Below, one piece after another: positions 24,801-38,410 of a stretch of DNA of 64,000 bases. The stretch is from Bugula neritina (taxonomy: Eukaryota; Animalia; Bryozoa). The notes under the pieces were generated by a model. That model did not search any database. It was not told the origin of the DNA and saw only the letters and a program-made list of their open reading frames with translations. Numbering within the stretch: position 1 is the stretch's first letter; each line of letters opens with the position of its first letter. The stretch is from NCBI GenBank assembly GCA_964035545.1, contig CAXIUT010000078.1, positions 2,814-66,813 of the forward strand, written 5' to 3'. Made by a program: the position numbers and the translations under genes.

Positions 24801-25621
24801 AATAATTCTAAAACTAAGCTTCGCATCTTCTAGTAATCAGGACATTATTAAAATCCTAATTACCTGATCATTTTGCCTATCTATACTAAGGGTTTTGCAA
24901 AATTCTTAAATAATACTTCGCTTCTAAGTTCTACTTTTCTACTAAGGATGCGATCAATTTCTTTTTCATCTTCCCAAGGTAACTTTCCATAAAGCATTTT
25001 TGCCCAACAATATATCATGCTCTCAAGATCGTCTCTTCTAGAAGGCTATATACCAAGGTGATTGTTAATGGATGCATACAATAGTTCATTTAGGATAGGT
25101 TTTTATTATGAGTATTATACATGTTTATTATTTTTTAAAAAGTGTTTATTTCTGCCAAATCCAACCAAATATATTTTTTTGTTATTGACTCCTGTCCCTA
25201 CAAGCCACTTTTTCAATCCAACTGTGCGATGAAGATAACCTTTTCTATGTATAAGTTATAACCTTTTTATCATTTGATCTGCTACCATCAAAAATGTAGG
25301 CATTCGAAAAACTCCGTTGCATTTTTTAAGAATACTATCGAGATCATTTCCCAATAGAGTTTCCACTAAAATATTGCTATTTTAAGTTGTTTCAACTTTA
25401 TAGCATACTGGAAGACCATAATCGACCATCACTTGATAATCTTTTTGTATTTCTTTTAGCATTGTTGCTTCTCTGAGCAAAGAGGATGCAGATCGATCTT
25501 GTAGTTTCAATGCAAACTATTTACCTGTTTTAATACTAATGCAGTGATATATTTAGGAATGGTTTCCTTGGACCATAAGAGTTATTAACTTATACTCTCC
25601 ACCGAACACAACCTATTACAT
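24801..25621 (-). CDS. Casein kinase 1-family pseudokinase, 3'-truncated by the telomere tract
   Basis: YASINNHLGIEPSRRDDLES, GKLPW, LGFEECPDY; HRD replaced by HRT and DFG by GFG; no stop before the repeat. Confidence 0.88.
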
Positions 25622-25690
25622 AATTCTTTATTTTAAGTGATCTTATTTTATTTAACTTAAATTTTACTTATTTAATCAAACTAAATCTGA

Positions 25691-26899
25691 TCAAAGTGAA
25701 CTTTCCTTTTTCTTGTTACTTTTGGTTGTTTCAAACAGACCATTGTGACGAGCAGTCTGTTTAAAAGGAGGAGTTTGTAGTAGTTCAGAGGCTGATGGAC
25801 GATCTTACCAATTAGCAGCTCCCATCTTTTCAACAATCCGAAGTAATCTTTCAGAATAGCTAGTCAGATCCATCCTGTTTTCTACCTAGATTCCTCTATC
25901 ACGCATTTTTAGCCACTGTTGACCATTGTTAGGTAATTGTTCAAGAGTAAGCATTTAATAGGCAGTCATTCCTAAACTGAAAATATCAGCTTTAGTGAGA
26001 TCAGTTCCTGTTGAAAGGTTCAATACTTCTTTTGCTAAATATCTTGAATCTCCTTCTTCAATTTAACGGGTTCTAAGTTTTGCAGCTCTACTTAATCCAA
26101 AATCAGCTATTTTAAGAGTTTTTTCTTTGAATAAGATATTTTATGGTTTCATATCAAGGTGTAGAATTCCGTGTTTGTGAATAGATGCCAGACCAAGAAG
26201 GGCAGCTCTTAGATAGTTAATAATTGTTTTTTAGGGTATAGCTTTTGATAAATTTCTATGTTAGGAGATAACTTTCTGGAGACTATTTTAACAATACTCC
26301 ATCGCTAAATAGAGTTATCCCTATTCGATCCAAGAGTGATAGTATCTGATTATATTAGGACATTGCCCAGAAAGTACCCATAGTGATCCCAAAGCTTGTA
26401 CCTCATTGACTGACATACGATTAGCTCTGGCTGTCTTGATGGCAAAGTATTATTGAGTTAGCCTTGAGCGGTAGAGACCAACATTTGAAAAATGACCTTT
26501 TCCGAGATTCTGGATCAGTTCATAATCTTGTTCAAGTCTAGAAATGTAAAAAGGACTAACTTCAATATCTTCATGAGGATAAATTTTATGTGAAGATTAG
26601 TTATTTAAAGCTGAGTTTTTATTTTTTTTTGACTAAGGATTTTCTTTAGGTTTTACCTAACTGTTCATTTTAGATTAATCATCTTATTTAATAGTATTTT
26701 TCTTTGGAGTTTCAAAGGTTTCTTGTTTTCTAGGGGTTTAAAACATTATTTTCTTAGGAGGTGTTTCAACTATCATGATTTTTTTGGGAGGAGTTTCAAA
26801 AGAATGAGAATAATTATGATGGTCGATTTAGTTCGAATGGGGAGGTGTGACATATTGATTCTTATGTTTTTCGGGAGTCATTTCAATTTAAATATCCAT
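25691..26899 (-). CDS. WEE1: Wee1/Myt1-family kinase
   Basis: LGKGHFSNV, IIRYYHSWIE, HLDMKPENI, KIADFGL, EEGDSRYLAKE, KADIFSLG, LPNNGQQW. Confidence 0.9.
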
Positions 26900-27030
26900 T
26901 TGACAGTTAAATTTAATTAATAAACTAAATAACTTTTAAGTAAATTTTGTATGATAAGCATTAAATCTATTTTAATATAAAAATTTGAATATGATTATTT
27001 AGATTTGAAAGATATAATAATCTAATTAGA

Positions 27031-29904
27031 TCAAAGCAATTCAAGATTTCTACTCATTTCAAACTGATGGATAGCTTTCTGTTTGGCATTTTTTCGTGCT
27101 TCTTTTCGATGCATCCCTGAAAAAGTTGATAAAACATCTTTCAAAGTTATCACATCAGATGAACCTTGTAGCTATGTCTTGCCATATTCAACAGTTTTCA
27201 CTGATGATAGTTTAGCAATAAAATCTAAAATACGCTTTATGGACTGAGAAGCTTGATTTCTGTTCGAGTATACAGATAGCAATCCTAGAAGACCTGATGC
27301 CAGTTGATCAAGCAGTAACACACAAATGCCTTGTCGATTAGCAATATCAAAGTTGAACTATTCCATTCTTGCCTGTCTGAAAAATTATTTGACCTTCACT
27401 TTTGATAAATTTTGATGATGTAAATGAGGTATAAAAATATACTATCTAGGAGCTAGTCTTGATTATGGATCATTTTCATAGCTATTATCTGATTGATGAT
27501 CTACAAGGTAGATATTTTTTTATGGAAAATAGGAGCCATCCATTAGCATATCGAAAAGATGGAATGAGGTTGCATAATCATTCAAGAAAGGATCAATTCC
27601 AAGCACCCAATATTTACTTGTTGATTTCTAGACTAAGAAATCAACTGTAAAGACTCCAAACATCTTACGTAATTTGAAAGAATCACAGAGTTGTCGTATA
27701 GCACTGGCAGCTGTAGCAGGTTCCATTATTTGCTGGGGAAAATGGCAAGCTAAAGATCGAAATGGTTGTCCATTAATTTTTAAAAACTACTCAGAATGCG
27801 ATGCTCTCCTTCTGGTCCTAGTTAGAAACAAACTGAAGCTGTTGCTAACTGTTCTCGCACACAAAGAGGGTGAGCTTCTATAATTCCTCCTTTTTTGATA
27901 AATCGACCAACAAAATCAGTAAATCCTCGATAAACTGTAGGAGCTGCGACTTGCAACCTTTAATACAAATGTTATCTTAAATAATCTCTCACTCTGATCG
28001 TGGCTTATTGTTGTTGGGGATCTGAAGCTATTTATGTTGCAAAAGTCTATGGATCTCTTGCTTCAAGCTGTTTCAATATAGATCGAAGATATTTAGAAGT
28101 TGTAAAGTCTACAAAAGCAATTCCTCTTCCATTGATTTAATCATCTATTTTTAATACCCATGAAGTAAAGGTGGGATTCTTGACTATAAGTACTGAAAAA
28201 GTATTTAAAAATTATCCATAATCGTACATCTCCATGGCAGCTGGTAGAGTTTCAATACAGAGGTTTCTTAGTAATCTTTTAGTTTGAGACTTTGTGGTGA
28301 AAGCCTTCATTCTCTGAGGTTCACCTGAAAAAAGGTAACAATGAAGATGATCACATATTTTGAGGAGTTAATTGCAAGGTTGGCCAGGATAGAGAATCGT
28401 TGGCAGATCAGCAGTTATTACTTTAAGTTGATTTAGAGTACTAGCACTATAATATAGCATTTTAGCTGTTGATAAGTGAGCAGGTAGCCGACTAGCAAGT
28501 TCAGGAGTCATGAAAACTAATCTTTATCGATGATTGTCTAAACCAGCTAGTTCCATCATACGATAGTAATAGGCTAGAAGTTCTGGAGATAATTCTGTGG
28601 GACTGATAAAGATCAAAATTAAGTTAGGATCTCTTAGTCTAAATATTCTAGCTAGTTGGGCATTTTGTCTTTAAGGAAGATAATTCATACTTAATCTTTT
28701 TTCTTCATCAACTTCAATAGAAGCCAAATGTATTTATATTCTTTTTCCTTCTTTAAGAGTTTTATATTCTTTAGCGAAACGGTTCTGTTTAGCTTCAAAT
28801 CCATCTAAAATACGTTTGTTTCTTGCTTCTACTCCCTTTTAAAACTTAAGACGGTCAAGTTTCTTCCTGAAGAATCTTTGAATAACAACTGTACTCTTTC
28901 TAAGAGTGGCAAACTTATCCCTGATACTTCTCATTCTCCAATAAGAAGCGATTAATGTCACAGCTTTTATTTTTCCTTCTTTACCTGCAAACTGAGAATC
29001 AACTTTGTGGGGAACTTTTTATTGCAAAGGAACTCCTTTTAAACAACTTAAAAGTTAATTTTGATTTATTTTGTCTTTTAGACAAAGATAAGCCAGTTTC
29101 TTTCCATCTAAGACTGCATATTCTATCATTTATTTTTGAAGAAAGTTAAGTAATCGACTTATTTAATCTTGGATTCTTGAAAAAATGCTTTAATAAACCC
29201 TTTGATAAGAAGAAAAATCTGTATTATCAGAGTTTAATTCCCCCATTATTATTTAAAATTCATACAAGATAGGTTTTTTTGGAGTTTGCTTTATATAACT
29301 ACGTTTGAGTCCTCCCCTTGTTGGATTGAATTCGACTTGCCTGATTGGTCTTTTTTGTTAAAAATTTCTGGAACGATAGTGAGCTGATCCTGGTAAACTT
29401 TTTTTGATATCTTCTTCTGAGGGAAGCATAGATTAAAAATTTTTCTATAAATGAATGCGATCAACAGTATAGTCAGCTGCTTTAAGGATTTTTTAATGAT
29501 GACTATGCATTTTAAGAGGTCTATTTTCGATTGCAAAAGAAAAGCTGTCTTAAATTTTGGTTGACTATTATTTTTGTTTGATGCTTGAATGTATTTTAGG
29601 CCTGTGTTTTCTTAAGGCAGTCACTATAGGAGGATCATCTTTTCTTAGGGAAATATTGGGGAGTCTATCTTTCTGAATATTTTTTTTAATACTTGTTATT
29701 TATGTTTTTTATCGATTTGTTGTTAATTTTTGTTGAGAGTGTAGATAACTTCATTCATGTATTAATTCATATTAGATCCGAGGGCTAGCTATTGAAATAA
29801 ATACCATCTTGAGGAGTATTTTCCAATTATTGAGCTTCTTTTTTAAGTCTGAAAATGTGTTCACGGGCTTATTGAATATTTGTAAAGAGGTCTTTTCCTT
29901 TCAT
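27031..29904 (-). CDS. IQCH: IQ motif-containing protein H-like
   Basis: IQ-like motifs followed by RIEIHLAS...RQNAQLARIFRLRDPNLILIFISP, typical of IQCH; indels. Confidence 0.75.
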
Positions 29905-30040
29905 ACTAACGAAATGCTATGCAAAGTTATATTAATCAACCTCGAAAATAACAGGTAATACAATAAAATTAAATTAAAATATCAATCATAATATCCAATA
30001 TTTTATCTTTAACATTTTATTTTATGAGATCATAATTAAT

Positions 30041-30869
30041 ATGAAATTTTTTTAGTTTTTGACTCTAACTCTCATAGTTGTTTCTGTATCTGCACAAAGT
30101 ATTTACTTTTCTATCTAGCTTTTAAAGCAGTTTTTGCTCTTAGTTGGCTCTCAGGATTTTGCTAGAATTAAAGAAAAAATCATCGATAGGAATGCGAACC
30201 ATCTTTAGTATCTCTTTGGGACAAGTATATATCAATCAATAAAGTCAAAGCTTTACCATTCATGGATTATGGCCAGATAGAAACTCTTCTGCCACTTATG
30301 GAAACTTCAATGTTCAAATATTTGAAAAGCATCTTGAACTTTGGGATGATATGTACAATTATTATCCAGCTAAAATAAAAAATTCTACTTCATTAACCTT
30401 TCTTTGGCAGCATTAATGGGAAAAACATGGCAAGGATTATGCAGATATTATTTATAAATTGAGACCAAGTGATTTTCCAGGGACAGATGATTAGAGAAAT
30501 GATGCCCTTCAATTGGCTTATTTTACTGATATAATAAATCTATACAAAAGTTTAAAGGTAGAAAAAATACCTCAAGAAAGTATGAGTAGTAGTTAGTTTA
30601 GTTCTCTTCTAGGTATTACATAAAAACAAATGTATTCTGACTGCTTTCAAGGAAGCTAAATCAGATAGATTAAAATTTGTCTTGAAATAAAGAAAACAGG
30701 ACTGAATATAATTGAATGTTCTCGATCTTCTTCGACTTGTTCGAAAGGCGCAGCTATAATGAATTTCTTTTCATGGCATCCCAAAGGACAAAGAAGAGTA
30801 TTTGACTATGAAAAAAGATCCTAAGTTGCTATAAACTAAAATAATCTTCAAAATGAACAAACTATGTGA
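30041..30869 (+). CDS. Ribonuclease T2 family, secreted
   Basis: Signal peptide, FALSW..GFC, CAS I FTIHGLWP, CAS II LWQH(TAA=E)WEKHG; two 20-nt introns. Confidence 0.95.
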
Positions 30870-30958
30870 TTGATAATCATTGAATTAATAGTATTTATCA
30901 ATTTGAATTAATTTATTTATTAAGTTTATTTAGTAAATTAATATTAAAGATAATACTA

Positions 30959-32350
30959 TCATCTTTACATTGATTTAAGTTCTTCTTAGGCAAATGCTTA
31001 TGGCTCTTCATTATCTAGGTTTTGTTTCATAGTTTCTTGTAAAACTTTCCAGGCAACCAAGCTGGCGATTAAAGAAATAATAGCGAATAGAACGTAAACA
31101 GAAACTTGTTTCCAAGAATCTAGAGGTATTAAAATATATGGCATTAAAATAGCTGCAAGTCTACTGGTTCCTAAACAGAATCCATAGCCTTTAGTTCTTA
31201 TTTTAGTTTAAAAGGATTCAGTTGTTATTGGCTCTAAGACTTGATTTACGCAAGCAGTGAAGAATCTAGCGAATGATTCCATTAAGATAAAAGAAGTAGC
31301 TATAAAAACTAGATTGGAAAAAGCTAATCCTAAAAATAGGATCATTAATGAAAATTTTCTACCTATATTAGGATGATCTATAAGTAAAAGAGAAAGGAAT
31401 ATAGTTGGCAGTTCAGCTATTTGGATCTAGATGTAAGAAGATAGACTGAAAGCTTTATTAGTTGTGGCTGGAATATGTAGCCCTTGTACTGTAAGTTGTC
31501 CATAGTTACATATATTGAAAATAGCCCAACAAGTACAAAGCCCAAGAATAATTTTAGTCTATCCATAGCGAAATAGATCTAAATAGCTAGTTTTGAGATT
31601 TCCTTCACTCTTTTGAAATTACTATTGAATTTATTACTTTTCAGCTTCGTCTAATTGATGCTCTTATCCATGATTAACTTTAATAATCCGATCAAGAACT
31701 GCAAAAGCTTCATTGTATCTTTTATGAGTGATTAAGTAACGAGGAGATTCTTCAATAACAAAAAAAGAAAGTATGAAAGCTAATAAACTGGGAAGACCTG
31801 CAGTAAAAACCATGAGTTTCCAATTCGTATCTACGATAACTTCTTTGAGAAAGATATATCCAAGGACTAGCCCTAAAACTTTTCCGATTGTCATGTAGTA
31901 GTTTATGATTAGCATACCTTTACCTCGATATTGTATAGGACTGATTTAAGCAAAGGCACTTGTTAGTGAAGCTGTTACATATCCATAGCTGAAGCCATAG
32001 GTAAATCTAAAGACAAAGAAGAGAACTTAAGAATTGGCCAGGAAGAAGAGTGAAGATGCTATGACTTGTATCAAGGATCCAGTAATAATGATAATTTTTC
32101 TTCCATATTTATCTGAAAGGAGCCCACTGATAAGAAATCCTACGAGTACACCTGCAAAATAGAGGCTGGCAAAGAGTGAGAGAAGATTTTCTGATAAATC
32201 AGGATACAACGACTTGATGATGGGATTAAGAAAACAGCCCATAGTTATTTATAATCCATTGGTGGTGTGTATGAAGAAGATAACTAACATGGTCCATCCT
32301 TGGAAGCAACCTAATCCCAGCTTATTATTGATAACGTTGTCCAAGCCCAT
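30959..32350 (-). CDS. MFS transporter, SVOP/organic-cation-like
   Basis: LGLGCFQ, LSDKYGRK, EISPIQYRG, EESPRYL, ESFETKIRTKG; 1392-nt frame. Confidence 0.9.
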
Positions 32351-32550
32351 CTTTTTGTTTTTGTATTTAAATAATCTAAATATTGACAACTATTGTATTT
32401 GAACAAAAATAGTTGAAATATTTATGTTTAAGAATCGTTTTTTATATTTTTTGAAGTGATAATCAATTGAAATATTTTATTTAAGATTTGAAATGTTTTT
32501 GGATTATTAAGTGGCAGTTACTTTGATCGGATTTCTATTCAATTATTCGA

Positions 32551-33798
32551 ATGCAACAGCAAACTCAAAAATAACTTAGACAACAAAGGTTTGCCTCCAT
32601 CAGAAAAAGCCTTGCTACTAACACAGCCATTTTAGCCACTACACAGCGTCTTGAATAAAAAATTTAACGTAGACAAGAAAGAAGTAGCCTTCCTATTGAT
32701 GAAAATTAACTTTGTTCTTCTTAAATGTGGGAATAAACTCTTTCTGATGACGGTCTTAATGGCTCTCTTTTTAATGATTGGTATGAAGTGCGAGAGAAAG
32801 CTGGTGAGGGAGCTCATGGTGTTGTAAAAAAATGTGTCAATAAGCGAACAGGAGAAATTTGCGCAGTTAAAACTATAAAATTGGACAGATAGTATATTTT
32901 GCATTTGAAAGAAAACTTCATGGAGATAAAATCTTTAAAACACCCTCATATTCTTGGTTATAAAGCTCTTTTCTTTGAACCTAGACATTCCAGATGTTAC
33001 TTAGTGATGGAATATATTCCTTTTCCTGACCTAAGCCAAGTTCAGTTATAATCAGAAGAGGAACTAAGAGAAGTTGTCTTCCAGTTACTCAGAACTATCA
33101 AGTATATTCATCAGCATAAAATATGCCATAGAGACATTAAACCTGAAAATATTCTTTATGATCAGGATAAAAGAAAAATAAAACTTATTGACTTTGGGAT
33201 CAGCAAAAAAGTTGAAGAAAGAGGACGAAAAAGAGATATGCTCACTATGACTGGCACTCCTTATTTCAGGGCTCCTGAAATGTTCGAAGGAGGAGGTTAT
33301 AATGAGATGGTTGATCTTTGGGCACTAGGAGTAACTGTTTTTAAACTAATGACCGGAAAAACTCCCTTTGAGTCAGACTATCACATAGACACTATAAGTA
33401 ATATCATCAAATCTTAAGTGACATTCCCATCAAAACTCAGATTTGAATGTAGTCAGACATCCAAAAATTTAGTACGAAGATTGCTGAAGAAATCAAACAA
33501 AGAAAGACTTACTTCTAAGGATGCTTTAAAGGATATTTGGTTTATCAATATGAAAGAGAATAATATGAAAGGAGATTAAGAAGAAAATGAAGATGAATTT
33601 AGTCGATCTATGAGTTTGGGAAAGTGTTGGGTTGATGAAGAACAAAACTAAGTAAAGTTTAATTTATCTCATAGTCCTGCTACTAAGTTTGATAAGAAGG
33701 TGAGTGTCATTTAATGCACTCGTTCATTCAAGGAAATATTTGAGCCAGAAGATAGTATTTTTGGAATTGAATAATCTAATGCAAAATAGTTTCAGTGA
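32551..33798 (+). CDS. Ser/Thr protein kinase, CAMK-like
   Basis: GEGAHGVV, AVK, HRDIKPENIL, DFG, GTPYFRAPE, DLWALG; 1248-nt frame. Confidence 0.92.
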
Positions 33799-33960
33799 GG
33801 ATGAAATATTTGATCCTGAGTAATTTGCTTATTAATTAATACTAATTATCATAAATTAACTTATTTAAAATTGAAAATATGATTGAACAAGCTTTTTTCT
33901 TCATGATAGTTTTATTTATAAAAGAAAATAATCAACATTATTATTTTTTAATCCCAACTA

Positions 33961-35324
<1,364 letters not shown>

Positions 35325-35421
35325 TTATATTAAAGTCATTTTCAAATATAAACTATTATTATGATTGAAAATAATTGAACGATATAACTAAATAAGAATG
35401 AAATTTTAGATAATTAGAGGA

Positions 35422-37363
35422 TCAGTTTGTTTGTATGATTTTTCCTTTTTAATTTTTTTAGAACTTTTATTATCCATTTTTCGAGGTTCTGGCTAATTTA
35501 TTTCCTTTTCTAACTTAATGAATTTATTCACGATATTTATTTTTGAATTTCATTTCTACTTGTCCCTACTTATGGAAGTGATAGATAGTTTTTGATGTAT
35601 TAATTATAAATTCAGTCATTTAATTTCGATCATGATAGTATACTTGAAAACCATTCGAGTAAATTAGTTTAATATCTCCATTCACATGATTAACTACTGT
35701 AAATTTAAAAGGACTAGGAAAAACCTCTTTCAATACCTTACTAATATACTATATTTCTTCTTTGCCATTTTTGTAAAGTCGTGTTATCTATATATATTAA
35801 TATAATTACTTTTCCATTACTTTCCTCTTCTTTTTCTAGTTATACAACCTCATTTTTTTTACTTAGATAATATTGGTAGTGTTCCAGGCTTTATATATTG
35901 AAAAATTGAAGATCAAAATCAAGTAAGTTGAATTTGTCATCAGCAAAAGAGAAGAGGTATGAGTTAGTTGGAGCTCCTTCCCAATAGTTTATATGTTTGA
36001 TTGATTAAACTTTCTTTTAAATTTGTTTTGCTTTATTTTTTATTTATATTTTTTACACTTCAATAAATTTGATTTCCTCTTTGAGACTTTAGTTTTCCTT
36101 TATTAATTCATCTACTTTTTTCTGTAGTCTATCATTATGTCTTTGTAGTTAATTTTTAATTTTTTTCTTATCATTTTATGCTGTTTCAAGTTTATTTTTA
36201 AGTTACTAAAGTTAAATTTTTAATTTCCAGTCTGGTTTTCCTGATGTTTGTTGATCTTTCATGTACCTTTTCTCGATATTAAGTTTTTTGGTTTAGTTTT
36301 TTATTTTTTATTATTGTTATTTAACTTTTTCTTCTCTTTATTTCTAAAATAATTCTCTTTATTTAAGTAAGCGCTTATTTTCTTATTCATACTTTTATTT
36401 TTCTTTAAGAGATTTTTGCTTTTATTTTTGGAGATCATCAATTTTCTTTTCAATCTAACTTTTTTTGTCTATCAAGTATTCATTGATAATTTGTTCTTTT
36501 ACCTTCATTGGTACATCTTTGCATTATATTTTACCGACTTTACCTATCTAAGTAGGTTCCTTATCTTTTTTGGTTTCTATTTTGTAGTATTTTTGTAATA
36601 ACTTTGAAGGACCTTCTTCTTGTTTTTCTTATTTATCTTAATCCCAGTCATTATATTGATTCCTTTGAGGTTGAGTCTTTTCTGGTTTAAATTTTGTTTA
36701 TTTTAAAGGTTTCTTAGGATATTTGTAATCTTCATCACTGTCAGAATTAAAACAGATATTCTCTTCTTGTAAAGTTTAGTTATTTTGACTCGGGGCTTTA
36801 GGAATAGAAGATTGTTTAAAATTATTTTGATGTTGAACTTGTTATAAAGGCTTTTTAGAAGTTTGATGAAACTTTACATCCTCATCCTGTTCTTCATCAC
36901 TATCTATTTCTTCTTGTTTATTTAAGAAAGCAGCCATTGTAGTAATTGCAGTATTCTTATGACTATTATTTTTTTCTTTACTAAAACTATTTTTCTGTTA
37001 TTTTTTATTGATATTTGAGGTGCCTAAATAGTCTTCTAGTAAAGCTGGTTTTTTTTTGTTGGAGTTACTTAAACTTTTCTCTTCTTTATTCCAAGGTTTA
37101 TTTTCTTTAGGTTTTTCTTTATTCACTGCAATATGAACTTCAGGTTATTTGACTGGTTGTTTTTTTATTGATATTTTGATATCTTCTTACTTTTGTCTTC
37201 CAAAAGTAACGGACCCTATTTTTGTTTATGCTAGGTCTGAATCCTTTTAGGAATAATCGACTATTTTTGATTTTTGGTTGAGAGAACGAGGGCCTCCTGC
37301 ATTGGATAGAAACTCTCTGGCTCCTTTTTTAAGAAAGGGTTTCTTTTATTTCTTGTTAGACAT
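35422..37363 (-). CDS. SAS-4/CPAP (CENPJ)-like centriolar protein
   Basis: N-terminal KKPFLKKG (PN2-3-like), long coiled coil, C-terminal TCP-like HVNGDIKLIYSNGFQVYY...GQVE. 3' end approximate. Confidence 0.72.
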
Positions 37364-37513
37364 TTGAATTATTAACTATAAACATAAAATATTACTTTAT
37401 GTTCTATTTACAAAATATAGTGATAACTAAATTAAGCTTTTACTGATGCTATATTGTTGAAAATAGATAAAAAATATTTTGTATCAATTAATATATTTTT
37501 TGAATAAGATAAA

Positions 37514-37984
37514 ATGAATAAGTTTAACTAGTCAACAAAATAGATGGAGAATAACTTCCAAGAAGAACAATATTCTGGTCCTCCTCCTGAATCACCACAA
37601 TAATTAAACGATCTCATCTAGCTACCTCATCAACTCTAAAGTAAATATTACTTTGATCCCATGAAACCTCCTTCATATTCCATTCTTTCAAAAAAAAGAG
37701 ATCAACTTGTTTAAGAACACTAGAATAACAAAGCTCAGAATAATACAGATAAATAAAATAGTAATAGCAACATATTAGCGTCTTTCGCAGTAAAAATAAC
37801 TTAAAATACAGTTTGTAATATAGATAGTCCCTGGGAAAAGGAAGATTTCAATAATCATTAACCTTTAACTTTTCCTCTAGATCTTTCTAAAAATGAACTT
37901 TTTCTTGGTTTGTATTTATCCTAAAAACAAGGATAATTAAAAAGTTAAACTTGTTGTTGTTCTGAAGCCAATCACGCTAAATGA
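37514..37984 (+). CDS. Hypothetical protein
   Basis: 471-nt ATG-to-TGA frame with TAR=Glu. Confidence 0.6.
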
Positions 37985-38059
37985 TTAAATTTAAAATATT
38001 GGTTTTGTCTTGATTAAATAGAATCATTATTCATATATAATTTATTTGTTTATTCTTGA

Positions 38060-38311
38060 ATGGATAGCGATAAGATGGAGATCTTTTAAGTAAAAAGTTT
38101 TGAGAACGCATGCGAATACCAGAAGGTGCTAGCTAACTATTAATTTAAAAAAGGAAAGAAGCTGACTTTACAAAGTAGTGCTGCCCTTGCTAAGCATGCA
38201 ATAGTTCTTAGCGAGTCAATCATTATGCGGGATAGACACATGACATATAGTTTGGTTGATTATTAGGGTTAAAAAGATCTATTCAAAATAGAACTCAGGT
38301 TCAAAAAATGA
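38060..38311 (+). CDS. Small 83-aa protein with weak Alba-like resemblance
   Basis: 252-nt ORF; KKLTLQSSAALAKHAIVLSESI loosely matches the Alba strand-helix pattern. Confidence 0.5.
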
Positions 38312-38410
38312 TATCTATATCTTTTTTGGAATTGAAATGTTTATTTGATAACTCTTTCTTTTCTTTTTTAATAAATAAAGTTAATTAAATAAGATATGAT
38401 TTGTATGTGA

